Shown: one piece after another, positions 10,118 through 19,359 of the stretch
How the letters are laid out: each line of letters opens with the position of its first letter
Position numbering within the stretch: position 1 is the first letter of the stretch
IMG/VR virus record: IMGVR_UViG_3300012665_000817
Location: 25,340-89,339 of that record
Reading direction: 5' to 3' (one strand)
Length of the DNA stretch: 64,000 bases
Source of the DNA: a virus
Taxonomy: Duplodnaviria; Caudoviricetes
Translations under genes and position numbers: made by a program
The notes under the pieces: model-generated
The model's input: the letters and a program-made list of their open reading frames with translations, nothing else
Told to the model about the DNA's origin: nothing
The model's database searches: none

Positions 10118-10252
10118 ATGACCCTAAAAACACCAGATGAGTTTGATACACCGCAAGAGTATGCTGACTATTTATCGCAGATTCAAGCAGAAAAGAATGC
10201 TCAAGCTGAGGCTCAAGTGGCAGCAGCAGCGATAGCTAGAGAGGAAAACTAA
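10118..10252 (+). CDS. 44-aa hypothetical protein (below ORF-track cut-off)
   Basis: The ATG directly follows the Tal stop, with an AGGAGG SD 7 nt upstream. The ORF (MTLKTPDEFD...AAIAREEN*) fills the gap exactly. Confidence 0.6.
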   Translation: MTLKTPDEFDTPQEYADYLSQIQAEKNAQAEAQVAAAAIAREEN

Positions 10253-10254
10253 CC

Positions 10255-11760
10255 GTGGCAACTCGTAGAAGATCTAGAAGAAAAAGTATTGCTGGAAATA
10301 TCACGGATGTCCAAAAACGTCTTAGATATTTAGAAACCAGACCAGCACCTACACAGCTTGCTTCTAAGGTTGTCGTTTCAAAAAACATAGCACCTCGTGC
10401 TGTTGGACAAGAGCTGATTGCAGACTCAGCTGTCACAAGAAGGTCTCTAGTTGCAGGTGTTGTAGGTACCACTCAAATTGAAGCGAGCGCCATTACTCAG
10501 TCGTTACTGGCTACGGACTCGGTAGGTACTGCACAGATTATCCAAGACTCCGTCACAGCAAATGAGATTGCACCAGGAACTATCACGGCCAATGAGATGG
10601 GAGCTAACTCTGTCGGTTCTACTCAAATTAGCAATGGCTCTGTAGGTACAGATGAGCTTGCAGGTGGGATTCCAGATTCAAAGATTGCTGGAATGTCTTC
10701 TTCTAAACTCATTGGAGATATAACTACAGATAAAATAGGTAATCTTCAAGTTACAGATGAAAAAATAGCTGGAATATCTGGATCTAAAATAATTGGTGGA
10801 GTTCAAGGGTCTCTTATCGTTGATAGAAGCATTACTGCCGTTAAAATAGGGACAGGTGTGATCACCGACAATGAGCTCGGAGCTGACTGCGTAGGTTTTT
10901 CTGAGCTTAAAGATAACGCTATTTTTAATGACAACATCAATGCTGGTGTTGTCGTAGGAAGTTCTGGAACAGGTAAAGTAAATATTCAAAACTTTAGTAT
11001 TGGATCAAATGATATCTTTACTGGAGCTATTACCAATGCCAAGATTGGGCAGAATGCTGTTACTGATTACAATGTTTTAAACGTTTCTGCTGACAAAATA
11101 ACCTCAGGAGTCCTTGCTACACAAAGAATTCCATCTATCACGAATGCCATGCTAGCTGGTGGAATCACAAACGGAAAAATTTCAAGCGTTGATGCTGGAA
11201 CAATTATTACTGGCACTATAGGTATTAACCGACTTCCAGGAGAAGTTCTAACAAACGTAGCTGCTGGTACTGGTATATCAGTTACTGGAAGTGGTAGAAG
11301 TAGAACTGTTTCTTTTAACGGATCTGGATATGCCTTGTCTAACCACACCCATAGCCAGTATGCATCCTCTGGTAGATACGATACTTCTTTTGCTGGTGGC
11401 CACGTTGGTCACGGAGGTCACACTCACTTTACAAATATCTCTTCTACTAGAAAACTTAAGAAAGAGATTTCTGACTACTCCATTGACCTAGATAAGCTAT
11501 TTCTACTCCAACCAAAAAGATTTAAATATCGTAATCAAGCAAGAGATGCCAGTAAGAACCGCGAATGGGATTACGGGTATATTGCAGAAGAGGCTTTAGA
11601 GCTTGGAGTAGAAGAGATCGTTGGATATGATGAAAAAGGAGAAGTAGATAGCATCAATTACGGTCTTCTTTCTGTTTTTGTCTTAGAGCTCGTCAAAAAA
11701 CAACAAAATGAGATAAACTTACTCTCAGAAGAGATTAAGCGACTTAAGGAGAACAAATGA
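10255..11760 (+). CDS. tail spike/fibre with C-terminal intramolecular chaperone (peptidase S74)
   Basis: Repeated IT..KI-type shaft motifs. The C-terminus SSTRKLKKEI...YGYIAEE...INYGLLSVFVLELVKKQQ..I..L matches the S74 ICD. Confidence 0.85.
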   Translation: MATRRRSRRKSIAGNITDVQKRLRYLETRPAPTQLASKVVVSKNIAPRAVGQELIADSAVTRRSLVAGVVGTTQIEASAITQSLLATDSVGTAQIIQDSVTANEIAPGTITANEMGANSVGSTQISNGSVGTDELAGGIPDSKIAGMSSSKLIGDITTDKIGNLQVTDEKIAGISGSKIIGGVQGSLIVDRSITAVKIGTGVITDNELGADCVGFSELKDNAIFNDNINAGVVVGSSGTGKVNIQNFSIGSNDIFTGAITNAKIGQNAVTDYNVLNVSADKITSGVLATQRIPSITNAMLAGGITNGKISSVDAGTIITGTIGINRLPGEVLTNVAAGTGISVTGSGRSRTVSFNGSGYALSNHTHSQYASSGRYDTSFAGGHVGHGGHTHFTNISSTRKLKKEISDYSIDLDKLFLLQPKRFKYRNQARDASKNREWDYGYIAEEALELGVEEIVGYDEKGEVDSINYGLLSVFVLELVKKQQNEINLLSEEIKRLKENK

Positions 11761-12143
11761 TTGTCTACGCAGCTCACTACGAGGTGGGTAAACCAGCTAT
11801 GATTAAAAAGGTTATAGAAACCATAGATGAAACATTTGTAGAGACTGGTGTTAACTTTTACAATCTTGAAGAGAGAGAGTTTTTAACAGACGAGATCATC
11901 GCTCAGCATCTTGAAAATCTACTTCTCTACTTTAAAGAAGTAGCTGCATCTTCTTCTATTATTCCTACAGCAAGCCATCAAACAACACATATCGTCCCAG
12001 AATGGGCCGAACTAAATGATATTTTTCAAGAAATTGTTTCATGGTGGAATTTCCTAAGCTACAGGCCAGAGACGGATGAGTCCGATCACTACCATGACCC
12101 GATCACAGGTGAGCACACAACAGCACCTTCAGAAGAAGGGTAA
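11757..12143 (+). CDS. hypothetical protein
   Basis: 128-aa ORF with an ATGA overlap to the spike gene. Confidence 0.6.
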   Translation: MIVYAAHYEVGKPAMIKKVIETIDETFVETGVNFYNLEEREFLTDEIIAQHLENLLLYFKEVAASSSIIPTASHQTTHIVPEWAELNDIFQEIVSWWNFLSYRPETDESDHYHDPITGEHTTAPSEEG

Positions 12144-12152
12144 ACTTCTACA

Positions 12153-12623
12153 ATGTTTGAAGTAAAAGATGGATCTAGAACGCTTCAGTTCAACGGGCGT
12201 CTTCTGGGAGAATCCTCTTCATGGCGCCGTGGGTCTACACGCTGGATAGAGTTTAAGCTCTTCAAGACAGAGAATGGCTCTTATATCCTCTCTCGGGTTG
12301 GAGTCTCTCTTGTATTCCACGGGGCGGCATGCCCTCTTGTTAAGAGATATTACCTAAAAGAGTCTGACACAGATTGCCTAACAAAAGACTCTACCCCATG
12401 TGAAGAGTGCGATCCTTCTAGAGATCTACCTGTTATTTTCCCTGAAACAGACCGCAACTGGGCTCAGGTAAGCGAAGATCCAACTCCTGTACTAGATGCA
12501 CTTTACAAATACGACCAAGGTGGTGCAAGATACCTTACTAACGTTGCTCAAAGGCTGCTTGAGAAAGCGGCTTTGAATGACGAAAAGATAGACTCCATAT
12601 ACAGAGTGGAGATGATCCCCTAA
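12153..12623 (+). CDS. hypothetical phage protein (Cys-containing)
   Basis: 156-aa ORF with protein-like composition (H...C...PCEEC). Confidence 0.65.
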   Translation: MFEVKDGSRTLQFNGRLLGESSSWRRGSTRWIEFKLFKTENGSYILSRVGVSLVFHGAACPLVKRYYLKESDTDCLTKDSTPCEECDPSRDLPVIFPETDRNWAQVSEDPTPVLDALYKYDQGGARYLTNVAQRLLEKAALNDEKIDSIYRVEMIP

Positions 12624-12643
12624 AAGATTAAGGAAAAAGACAT

Positions 12644-13435
12644 ATGACAATAGTGAATCAAGATGAAAATCTTGTTGTTCCAAAGAATACTATTGCATTC
12701 TTTCCTGTAATCCCGAGCGAAGGTGTCAAACCCTTTGATTTAAAAAATATAGGTTTATTTCTAAATCCTTTAAATACAGACCATAAGCGAGGATGGTTTT
12801 CTCCCAACTTCTATAAGTGTCTACCGCTAGCAATTGGAAATATGCAGGGTTTTGTTTTCAGCATTCCATACGGATTTGATGTTATTTGGAATGGTGGAAA
12901 CTCTCCAGAAGATATAACCATAACTTATCACGATGATTTTGAACCATATAGAGATTTAAATTTTATATATCCTAACTCCGAGTTTGGCCATGGAGTTCTT
13001 ACTCTTCACTACCCAGTTATACTAAAGACACCTCCCATGGTTAATTTAATGACTATATCTCCTCCTAACTATCCAATGCCGGGAATGAGCGTAATGACAG
13101 GAGTTGTAGAGTCTGACAATATTCGTTTTGGTTTTACTTTAAATCTAAAGATAGATATACCAAACACAGTTATACGGGTTCTCCCTGACTCGCCTTTAGT
13201 AGGCATTATACCTATACCAAGATACTTCTGCGACTCTTTTGAACTAAAGAGTGCTTATGATATCTTTGATGAACAGGTTGTAGAGGAAGAGAAAGCAGTA
13301 GTAAAAGAGCACTCAGATAAAAGGGAAAGAGATAATATGGACAAAAACGCTAAAGATGGTCTATATTACAAAGGTATGGATGTTAGAGGTAACAAGTTTA
13401 AAGACCATCAGCTTCCTAGAAGCAAAAACAGTTAA
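12644..13435 (+). CDS. DUF6065-like protein
   Basis: Motifs YKCLPLAIGNMQGF, WNGG, SEFGHGVLTLH, KTPP..NL...PPN and GVVESD resemble DUF6065. Confidence 0.6.
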   Translation: MTIVNQDENLVVPKNTIAFFPVIPSEGVKPFDLKNIGLFLNPLNTDHKRGWFSPNFYKCLPLAIGNMQGFVFSIPYGFDVIWNGGNSPEDITITYHDDFEPYRDLNFIYPNSEFGHGVLTLHYPVILKTPPMVNLMTISPPNYPMPGMSVMTGVVESDNIRFGFTLNLKIDIPNTVIRVLPDSPLVGIIPIPRYFCDSFELKSAYDIFDEQVVEEEKAVVKEHSDKRERDNMDKNAKDGLYYKGMDVRGNKFKDHQLPRSKNS

Positions 13436-13451
13436 CGCAGGTTAGGAAACA

Positions 13452-15290
13452 ATGAGCGACAATCAAACGACGCAAGGATTAGGTGATGTAAAACTTCACC
13501 TTGTTGATTCTGTAGAAAAAGCTGGCCAGTTTATTACTTGGCTTGGTGAAAGACGTCCTTATGACGCAATTGCAATCGATACTGAAACTGGTGAACGCCC
13601 CGGTGGGCAGCGTAGCGATGCGCTATCTCCTTGGCATGGAGACTTGCGTCTTGTTCAAGTTGGAGATGGAATGCAAGGCTGGTCTATTCCTTGGGAAGAA
13701 TGGAACGGTGTCTTCTACGAAGCAATGAGAAAGTTTGAAGGTCCTATTGTGTGTCACAATATTGCCTTCGAAGCAAGATGGTTTGCAATTAAATCTAAAT
13801 GGGAAATGCCTTGGCAGCGTGCACACGACACAATGATTATGGCTCACATTATTGATCCTCTTGGTGTTGGTGGTCTTAAGCCTCTTGCTGCTCGTTATGT
13901 AGATGGCAAGGCTGTTGCAATGCAAGAGAGTCTTGACTTAGGTCTCATTGAGAATGGTTGGACTTGGGGAACAGTCCCAGTTAACTACGAGCCTTACTGG
14001 GTGTACGGTGCTTTAGACACAGTTCTAACAATGCGCTTATGGGAACAGTTTTATCAGCAGTGTGGCCCACAAGGTCCATATAACCGTGCCTATGAGCTTG
14101 AGATGGCAACACGCAAGATTGTTACTCGTATGGAGATTAATGGTGCTCGTGTTGATCTTGATTACTCGAAGAAGAAGTATGAAGAGCTTTTATCTTACGC
14201 AGACTCGGTGAAGGATTGGGCAGCTAAGACTTACGGTGGAACAAGTATTACAAGTAATATCCAACTAGTACGACTTTTTGAAAAGCTTGGTGCAGAGATT
14301 ACAGAAACAACCCCCTCTGGAGCAAAGTCTGCAAGTAAAGATCAATTAAAGCTTTTAACAATTCACGGCAACGAAGAGGTTAAAAACCTTGCAGAGACTG
14401 TTCTCAAGCAACGCAAGGCAGATAAGCTAGCTAATACCTACTTCCTTAATTTTCTTAACAAGAATGTTGATGGAATATTGCACCCGTCCGTAAAGACTCT
14501 TGGTGCTCGTACTTCTCGTATGTCAATCACTGATCCTGCTCTACAGACTCTACCTAAGGGAGATGAAACAGTACGCAGAGCATTCTTACCTCGTGACCCA
14601 GACCATGTAATTATCTCTTCTGACTTAGATCAGGTTGAATTCCGTATGTTTGCTTCTCTATCTCAGGATCCAAACCTTATCTCTCTATTTCATAAAGCAG
14701 ATGCAACTGGCTCTGATCCATTTACCGAAATCGGTCGTCAAGTTTATCAAGAACCAGATATGCAAAGAACAGATAAGCGTCGTAACCTCATCAAGGGTGT
14801 TGTCTACGGACGACTTTACGGAGCAGGTGTTGCTAAACAAGCTTTGACTGCTGGTGTTCCAGAACCCCAGATGCGTTCTGTTTCTGATTCTTTTGATGCT
14901 AACTATCCAGGAATGATGCAGTTCCAAAAGCAAATTGAAAATATTGGAATGACTCGACTTCGTCAAGAAGGTCAAGGTTATGTAAAAACTTGGACTGGTC
15001 GCCGTATCCCTTGTGATGAAGAGCGTGTCTATACTCTTGTTAACTACCTAATCCAAGGTGGAGCAGCAGAAGTATTCAAGAGCAATCTTGTAAAGTTGGA
15101 TCAAGCAGATTTGACCGAACACCTTATTGTTCCAGTACACGACGAAATTGTTCTACAAGCACCTAAAGACCAAGTTGAAGAGTTCAAAAGAACTGTTCAA
15201 GAGTGTATGACCACTACCGAAGGTTGGGCTGTTCCACTGACCTCAGGCATCGATGGTCCTATGAATAACTGGGGGGAAAAGTACGCATGA
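13452..15290 (+). CDS. polA: family A DNA polymerase (3'-5' exo + pol)
   Basis: Exo motifs AIDTET, HNIAFE and YGALD. Pol motifs A (DLDQVEFR), B (KGVVYGRLYG) and C (VHDEIV). Confidence 0.97.
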   Translation: MSDNQTTQGLGDVKLHLVDSVEKAGQFITWLGERRPYDAIAIDTETGERPGGQRSDALSPWHGDLRLVQVGDGMQGWSIPWEEWNGVFYEAMRKFEGPIVCHNIAFEARWFAIKSKWEMPWQRAHDTMIMAHIIDPLGVGGLKPLAARYVDGKAVAMQESLDLGLIENGWTWGTVPVNYEPYWVYGALDTVLTMRLWEQFYQQCGPQGPYNRAYELEMATRKIVTRMEINGARVDLDYSKKKYEELLSYADSVKDWAAKTYGGTSITSNIQLVRLFEKLGAEITETTPSGAKSASKDQLKLLTIHGNEEVKNLAETVLKQRKADKLANTYFLNFLNKNVDGILHPSVKTLGARTSRMSITDPALQTLPKGDETVRRAFLPRDPDHVIISSDLDQVEFRMFASLSQDPNLISLFHKADATGSDPFTEIGRQVYQEPDMQRTDKRRNLIKGVVYGRLYGAGVAKQALTAGVPEPQMRSVSDSFDANYPGMMQFQKQIENIGMTRLRQEGQGYVKTWTGRRIPCDEERVYTLVNYLIQGGAAEVFKSNLVKLDQADLTEHLIVPVHDEIVLQAPKDQVEEFKRTVQECMTTTEGWAVPLTSGIDGPMNNWGEKYA

Positions 15291-15754
15291 CAAAATATGT
15301 CTTATCAGTAGATCCAGGAAAAGCCACAGGTGTTGTTTTTATGTCATGGAATGGCTCTGATCCAGTCCCTAACGTGATACTTTCAAAAGAAGTGCAACCA
15401 GAGGATTTTGCATTAGTTATTGAAACCGTTTTAAATACTCAAAAGCAGCAAGATGACTTTACTGTTGTGTGTGAGCGATTTACTATCAATGCCCAGACAG
15501 TCCGTAACTCTCAGGCACCCTATAGCCTTGAGCAGATAGGGGTGCTAAAGCACCTTTGCCGTACCAATATGTACGATCCTGAAAAGATCGTTTTTCAGTC
15601 TCCAGCAGATGCCAAGAATATGTTCCCTAACCCTACCCTCAAAAAGCTTGGGACTTGGCATGTAGGAGGGGAAGGGCACGCAAATGATGCGATGCGACAC
15701 GCCCTGCTAAGGCTGGTTAAAACTGGCTGGGTTCCTAGAACTCTGCTAGACTAA
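15287..15754 (+). CDS. RuvC-like Holliday junction resolvase
   Basis: VLSVDPGKATG, VCERF and HANDAMRHA give the RNase H-fold acidic triad. Confidence 0.75.
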   Translation: MTKYVLSVDPGKATGVVFMSWNGSDPVPNVILSKEVQPEDFALVIETVLNTQKQQDDFTVVCERFTINAQTVRNSQAPYSLEQIGVLKHLCRTNMYDPEKIVFQSPADAKNMFPNPTLKKLGTWHVGGEGHANDAMRHALLRLVKTGWVPRTLLD

Positions 15755-15838
15755 AGATACTATTAAGAAACTTTTAGTTTGCAATATCTTCAATAGTATG
15801 TTTTACTTGATGTAGTGACGCTAAGGAGTAGGTGGCAA

Positions 15839-17641
15839 ATGGCAGTAACAGTAGATATAAATCCAGACAAGAACAATATCCTCATAACCGCTGACTGGCG
15901 CTTTAAAGAGCTCTGTAAAAGCCTTCCAGGGGCTTCCTGGAGCCCTAAGGAGCAGGTCTGGACTGTTCCGCTTAGCTGGACAACTTGCCTTGCCTTACGG
16001 TCAACCTTTAAGGAAGATCTCTTTGTAGGACCTGCTCTAACCGAATGGGCAACCAACGAACTCAATAATAGAATTGCTCCTGCCAATGCCCTTAGAGAGC
16101 TTGAGACCTATGAGGGTGATGAAGACCTTTTCCCACATCAAAGGGCTGGCGTAGCTTTCCTTAGCACCGCAAAGCGTGCTCTTCTAGCAGATGAGCCGGG
16201 CTTAGGTAAGACTGCCCAAGCCATTCGTGCTCTTAAAAGACTTCAAGATAATGGCGAAGATGTTTTCCCTGCACTTATTGTGTGCCCTAATACCCTAAAG
16301 AAAAACTGGGCTAGAGAGTTTGAGAAGTGGTGGCCGGGAGTGAAAACTCAAGTTATTAAGGGTTCTGCTGTTCAGCGCAAGAAGCAGTTTGCCAATGAAG
16401 AAGCGCAAGTATTTATTATCAACTGGGAATCACTTCGCTCACACTCACGTCTTGCTGGTTACGGTTCTATCGCTTTAATTAAGTGTGTTGACATGGGTGG
16501 TCAAGATCCAAGCGTTACAGAGACTCGCTGTGAGGTACATCCTCGTGAGCTTAACATGATTGATTTTAAGGCAGTGGTTGCTGACGAAATTCACCGCTCT
16601 AAAGAGCCAAAGTCCAAGCAGACTCGTGCTCTTTGGGCTGCAACTGGAGATGCCCCTATTCGCTTTGCACTTACTGGTACTCCTATTGCTAAAGATGTTG
16701 TTGATCTTTGGTCAATTCTTCACTGGCTCTCTCCTATCGATTGGCCATCAAAGACAAAGTGGATTGATCGAATGATTGACATCATGCTCAACGCATTTGG
16801 TGGAATGATGGTAATCGGTGTTAAGCCACATATGGAAGATGAATTCCACAAGAGCGTAAATCCTGTAATGCGTCGTATGCTTAAGAAGGTAGTGCTTCCT
16901 TGGCTACCACCTGTAATGAACGAGCGTCGTGATGTGGAGATGTCAACTAAGCAGAAAAAAGCTTATGACCAGATGCGTGACACAATGATTGCTGAGTTAG
17001 AAAGTGGAGATGCAGTTACTGCTCCATCTATCTTGACTCAGACAACACGCTTGCTTCAATTTGCTAGTTCTTATGCCACTATGGAAGTTGATGAGTCAAC
17101 AGGGGAAATGAAGACTGTTCTTGCTGGACCATCTTGTAAGGTGGATTCGCTTATGGATGACATTAAGAATGGTGACTTTGGAGATGACTCCGTTGCTGTC
17201 TGTGCAGTATCACGTCAGCTAATTGACCTTCTTAGCGCAGAACTTACAAAGGCTGGAATTAAGCACGGACTGATTACTGGTGCTCAGAATGAAGACGAGC
17301 GACAGAGAGCAGTAGATGATTTCCAAGCAGGAAATATCAAGTGGGTTCTTTTTACTGCTCAAGCGGGTGGTGTAGGTATTACATTGACTGCTGCTCGCCG
17401 TCTTGTTATGCTACAGCGACCTTGGTCACTAGTTGATCATCGTCAGGCTCTAGATCGTGTTCACCGTATTGGTAGCGAAATCCACGACTCTATCTTGATT
17501 ATGGATTATGTAACAGAGGGAACTATTGAAGAAAGAGTTTTACAAGTACTAGAAACAAAGTCAGATAATTTCGAACAGATTGTTCGAGATAAAGATCAAC
17601 TAATGAAGTTGCTCAAAGATGATAAGGCAGGTGTTCTATGA
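15839..17641 (+). CDS. SNF2-family helicase
   Basis: LADEPGLGKT, VADEIH, LTGTP, AGGVGITLT and QALDRVHRIG. ATG 15839 is preferred over the track's GTG 15815 because of the upstream AGGAG/AGGTGG SD. Confidence 0.93.
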   Translation: MAVTVDINPDKNNILITADWRFKELCKSLPGASWSPKEQVWTVPLSWTTCLALRSTFKEDLFVGPALTEWATNELNNRIAPANALRELETYEGDEDLFPHQRAGVAFLSTAKRALLADEPGLGKTAQAIRALKRLQDNGEDVFPALIVCPNTLKKNWAREFEKWWPGVKTQVIKGSAVQRKKQFANEEAQVFIINWESLRSHSRLAGYGSIALIKCVDMGGQDPSVTETRCEVHPRELNMIDFKAVVADEIHRSKEPKSKQTRALWAATGDAPIRFALTGTPIAKDVVDLWSILHWLSPIDWPSKTKWIDRMIDIMLNAFGGMMVIGVKPHMEDEFHKSVNPVMRRMLKKVVLPWLPPVMNERRDVEMSTKQKKAYDQMRDTMIAELESGDAVTAPSILTQTTRLLQFASSYATMEVDESTGEMKTVLAGPSCKVDSLMDDIKNGDFGDDSVAVCAVSRQLIDLLSAELTKAGIKHGLITGAQNEDERQRAVDDFQAGNIKWVLFTAQAGGVGITLTAARRLVMLQRPWSLVDHRQALDRVHRIGSEIHDSILIMDYVTEGTIEERVLQVLETKSDNFEQIVRDKDQLMKLLKDDKAGVL

Positions 17642-18564
17642 GTGGTGTAGTAAGACTATCTAACTCCGAACTACAGACATTTAAGGACTGCCGTCGTAAG
17701 TGGTGGCTTGCTTACTACCGCCGTCTACAACCAAAGTTTCGTGATAAGACTGGTGCTCTAGCTTTTGGTAGCCGTATCCACGCAGCTCTAGATGATCACT
17801 ATGCAAACGGGACTCCACTATTAGAAGCGCACTCAAAGCTTGTGCAGGTAGACAAAGAGATTCTTCTTGCAGACTTTCTAGATGTATCTAATCTTGAAGC
17901 AGAGGCAGAGATGGGTCGCATCATGTTAGAAGGTTATGAAGAGTGGGTTGCGGAAGAGGGAATCGACGCAGAACTTGAAATGATCTCTACAGAAGAAACA
18001 ATCATTGCTCCACTCTTTAACGGAGAAGTTGAATTACAGGGAAAGCTTGATATGCGTGTTCGTCGTAAAGTTGACGGCGTTCGTATGTTCCGTGACTTTA
18101 AAACTGTAGGTGGGTCTCTAGGAGACTTTGGAAACCTTGCTCATATGAACGAGCAGGTTATGACTTACATGCTTCTCGAGGCTACAAAAGCTGACGAAGA
18201 ACACCGCTCAGATGGCGGTATTTTTACTCTTCTTAAGAAAGTAAAGCGCACAGCAACTGCTCGCCCACCTTTCTATGATCAAGTAGAAGTTCATCACAAT
18301 GTATTTACAATGCGTTCTTTCTGGAATAGAATCCATGGAACGATTGCTGATCTTATGAATGTTCGTAGAGCTTTAGATACTGGCTCAGATCATTCATATG
18401 TTGCATATCCGACACCAAGTCGTGATTGCAAATGGAAATGCCAATTTTTCGCTATATGCCCAATGTTCGATGACGGAAGCGCTGCCGAACAAGCACTTAG
18501 CGATTCGTATGAGGAAGCAGATCCTTATGCGTATTACGAAACCGACAAAAAAGGAAGTGAGTGA
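17638..18564 (+). CDS. PD-(D/E)XK (RecB/Cas4-like) exonuclease
   Basis: LSNSELQTFKDCRRKW, GKLDMRV...RDFKT and C-terminal CKWKCQFFAIC. Confidence 0.85.
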   Translation: MSGVVRLSNSELQTFKDCRRKWWLAYYRRLQPKFRDKTGALAFGSRIHAALDDHYANGTPLLEAHSKLVQVDKEILLADFLDVSNLEAEAEMGRIMLEGYEEWVAEEGIDAELEMISTEETIIAPLFNGEVELQGKLDMRVRRKVDGVRMFRDFKTVGGSLGDFGNLAHMNEQVMTYMLLEATKADEEHRSDGGIFTLLKKVKRTATARPPFYDQVEVHHNVFTMRSFWNRIHGTIADLMNVRRALDTGSDHSYVAYPTPSRDCKWKCQFFAICPMFDDGSAAEQALSDSYEEADPYAYYETDKKGSE

Positions 18565-18567
18565 CGT

Positions 18568-19356
18568 ATGAGCGATATTCAACGTTCTCTTACCGTTATG
18601 GTGTACGGAGAGAGTAAGGTTGGTAAATCCAGTCTTGCTGTTACAGCACCATATCCACGCCTAATGCTCGATGTTGAGGGTGGACACCGCTTCCTCCCAA
18701 TCATCGTAAAGTACTGGGATCCTCTTCGTGAGGAGCCACCAGTGGCTGATGGAACTTGGGATACATGCGTAGTCACAGTGCGTGACTATGACACTGTTCT
18801 CAAGACATACCAGTGGCTACAACTAGGTAAGCATCAATTCAAGAGTCTGATCATTGACTCTGTGTCTGAACTCCAAGTTAAGTGCTTGGAGAACATCGCA
18901 GGTGTTAATCAGATGACACAGCAGCAGTGGGGAGAACTTCTCCGCCACATGGGTGGACTCTTGCGTGACCTGCGTGACCTAACAATGCACGCTACAAATC
19001 CACTAGAAGCAGTAGTTCTAACTGCAATGGCTCGTCTTGATAAGGATGGTCGTTATCGTCCATACCTACAAGGTCAGCTTGCGATTCAGGCTCCTTACTT
19101 CTACGACATTCTGGGTGCGATTACCGTTGAGGAACGTCACAACCCAGATCCAACACAACCACCATTCAAAGTTCGTCGTATGTACGTTGAGCGCACAAAC
19201 CAGCATGAAGCTGGTGAGCGTGTACAAGGACGTCTTGGCAAGGTAGTTGAGCAAGAAAACCTCTCTATCGAAAGAATGTTAGACATTGTTTTCGGACAGA
19301 GACAAGCAGCAGCAGCGGCCGCAGCAGCTGAAACAACAACACAGAAAGAAGGATAA
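18568..19356 (+). CDS. AAA_24/Sak4-like ATPase (probable single-strand annealing protein)
   Basis: Walker A YGESKVGKS, LMLDVEGG and IIDSVSE. It sits between the exonuclease and the SSB. Confidence 0.8.
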   Translation: MSDIQRSLTVMVYGESKVGKSSLAVTAPYPRLMLDVEGGHRFLPIIVKYWDPLREEPPVADGTWDTCVVTVRDYDTVLKTYQWLQLGKHQFKSLIIDSVSELQVKCLENIAGVNQMTQQQWGELLRHMGGLLRDLRDLTMHATNPLEAVVLTAMARLDKDGRYRPYLQGQLAIQAPYFYDILGAITVEERHNPDPTQPPFKVRRMYVERTNQHEAGERVQGRLGKVVEQENLSIERMLDIVFGQRQAAAAAAAAETTTQKEG

Positions 19357-19359
19357 TAA

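Noticed and set aside
15757-15799. Imperfect inverted repeat ATACTATTAAGA...TCTTCAATAGTAT before the helicase
   Set aside because: It is AT-rich with a long loop, so it cannot be distinguished from chance or assigned as a terminator or operator.
13452-17641. Inteins or introns in polA or the helicase (also checked primase and terL)
   Set aside because: Lengths are normal, motifs are contiguous, and no C/S...HN splice or LAGLIDADG motifs were seen.
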